Shown in pieces: positions 63,590 to 64,000 of a stretch of DNA of 64,000 nucleotides. The DNA lies in assembly GCF_002571385.2 (NCBI RefSeq), contig NW_019217947.1, positions 221,721 to 285,720 on the forward strand, given 5' to 3'. Made by a program: the position numbers and the translations under genes. The notes below the pieces were generated by a model, which saw only the letters and a program-made list of their open reading frames with translations, searched no databases and was not told the DNA's origin. The stretch comes from Stylophora pistillata (Eukaryota). The stretch's first letter is position 1. Every line of letters starts with the position of its first letter.

Positions 63590-64000
63590 AGTGGTCGCTT
63601 TTTTAATGATAATATTAAGTAATGAAAATAAACAGTATAGCTTTGCTAAAGATTGCAGGTTTGTCAAGATTTAAAGGAGTGCCTAAATCCCAGTTGTTGG
63701 AGTAGTGCATTTCTGAAATAAAATTCAAACAAGTATTTGAAGGTCCAGTATGAAATGTCTAAAAACACTTGGAAACAAGGGCTGATGGTAACCAACCTCT
63801 AAGAAATCGATTCAAAATTGGCTAAATTATGCATGGTTTTCCAGAAGCTAGTAACATTCATGCACATGCGCTTACACATCTCAAATTCTAACTGAATGAC
63901 AACTGCAAAGCTGCTGCTATCAGTTTGAGTCACTCATTATCACAAACAAACTGCTGCCATTAGTTCGAGTTTCTCATATCATCACAATTTACTGTTTCTC

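Overview
AT-rich, intron-containing animal DNA with two assembly gaps. The repeat content (tRNA-derived tandem repeat and SINE, Crypton, Penelope-type hammerhead end, IS3EU-like and Harbinger remnants) suggests a cnidarian, probably a stony coral; this is inference. The ORF track misses the main content because the exons are short. Manual splicing at GT-AG sites gives a cluster of small secreted cysteine-rich peptide genes. One is a very cationic 6-Cys knottin-framework (C-C-CC-C-C) precursor (20070-24194, +). Three are 10-Cys prokineticin/colipase-fold (MIT1/astakine-like, non-AVIT) genes (31898-36714 -, 50668-54607 -, 61057-63589 +). Two further loci may be decayed paralogues (~13.5-14.6 kb and ~37.7-39.0 kb). 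All four apparently coding genes have a phase-0 intron at a corresponding point in the Cys scaffold. The rest is transposon debris: nested foldback/LINE/MITE insertions at 1-3.1 kb, a LINE 5' fragment with a 2A-like GDIETQPGP motif, and a spliced Crypton recombinase fragment followed by a double lox-like palindrome. There is also an IS3EU-like element, a SINE plus Penelope hammerhead remnant, and a possible decayed STAND NTPase-TPR gene. All gene models are hand-built from sequence alone and need RNA-seq confirmation.
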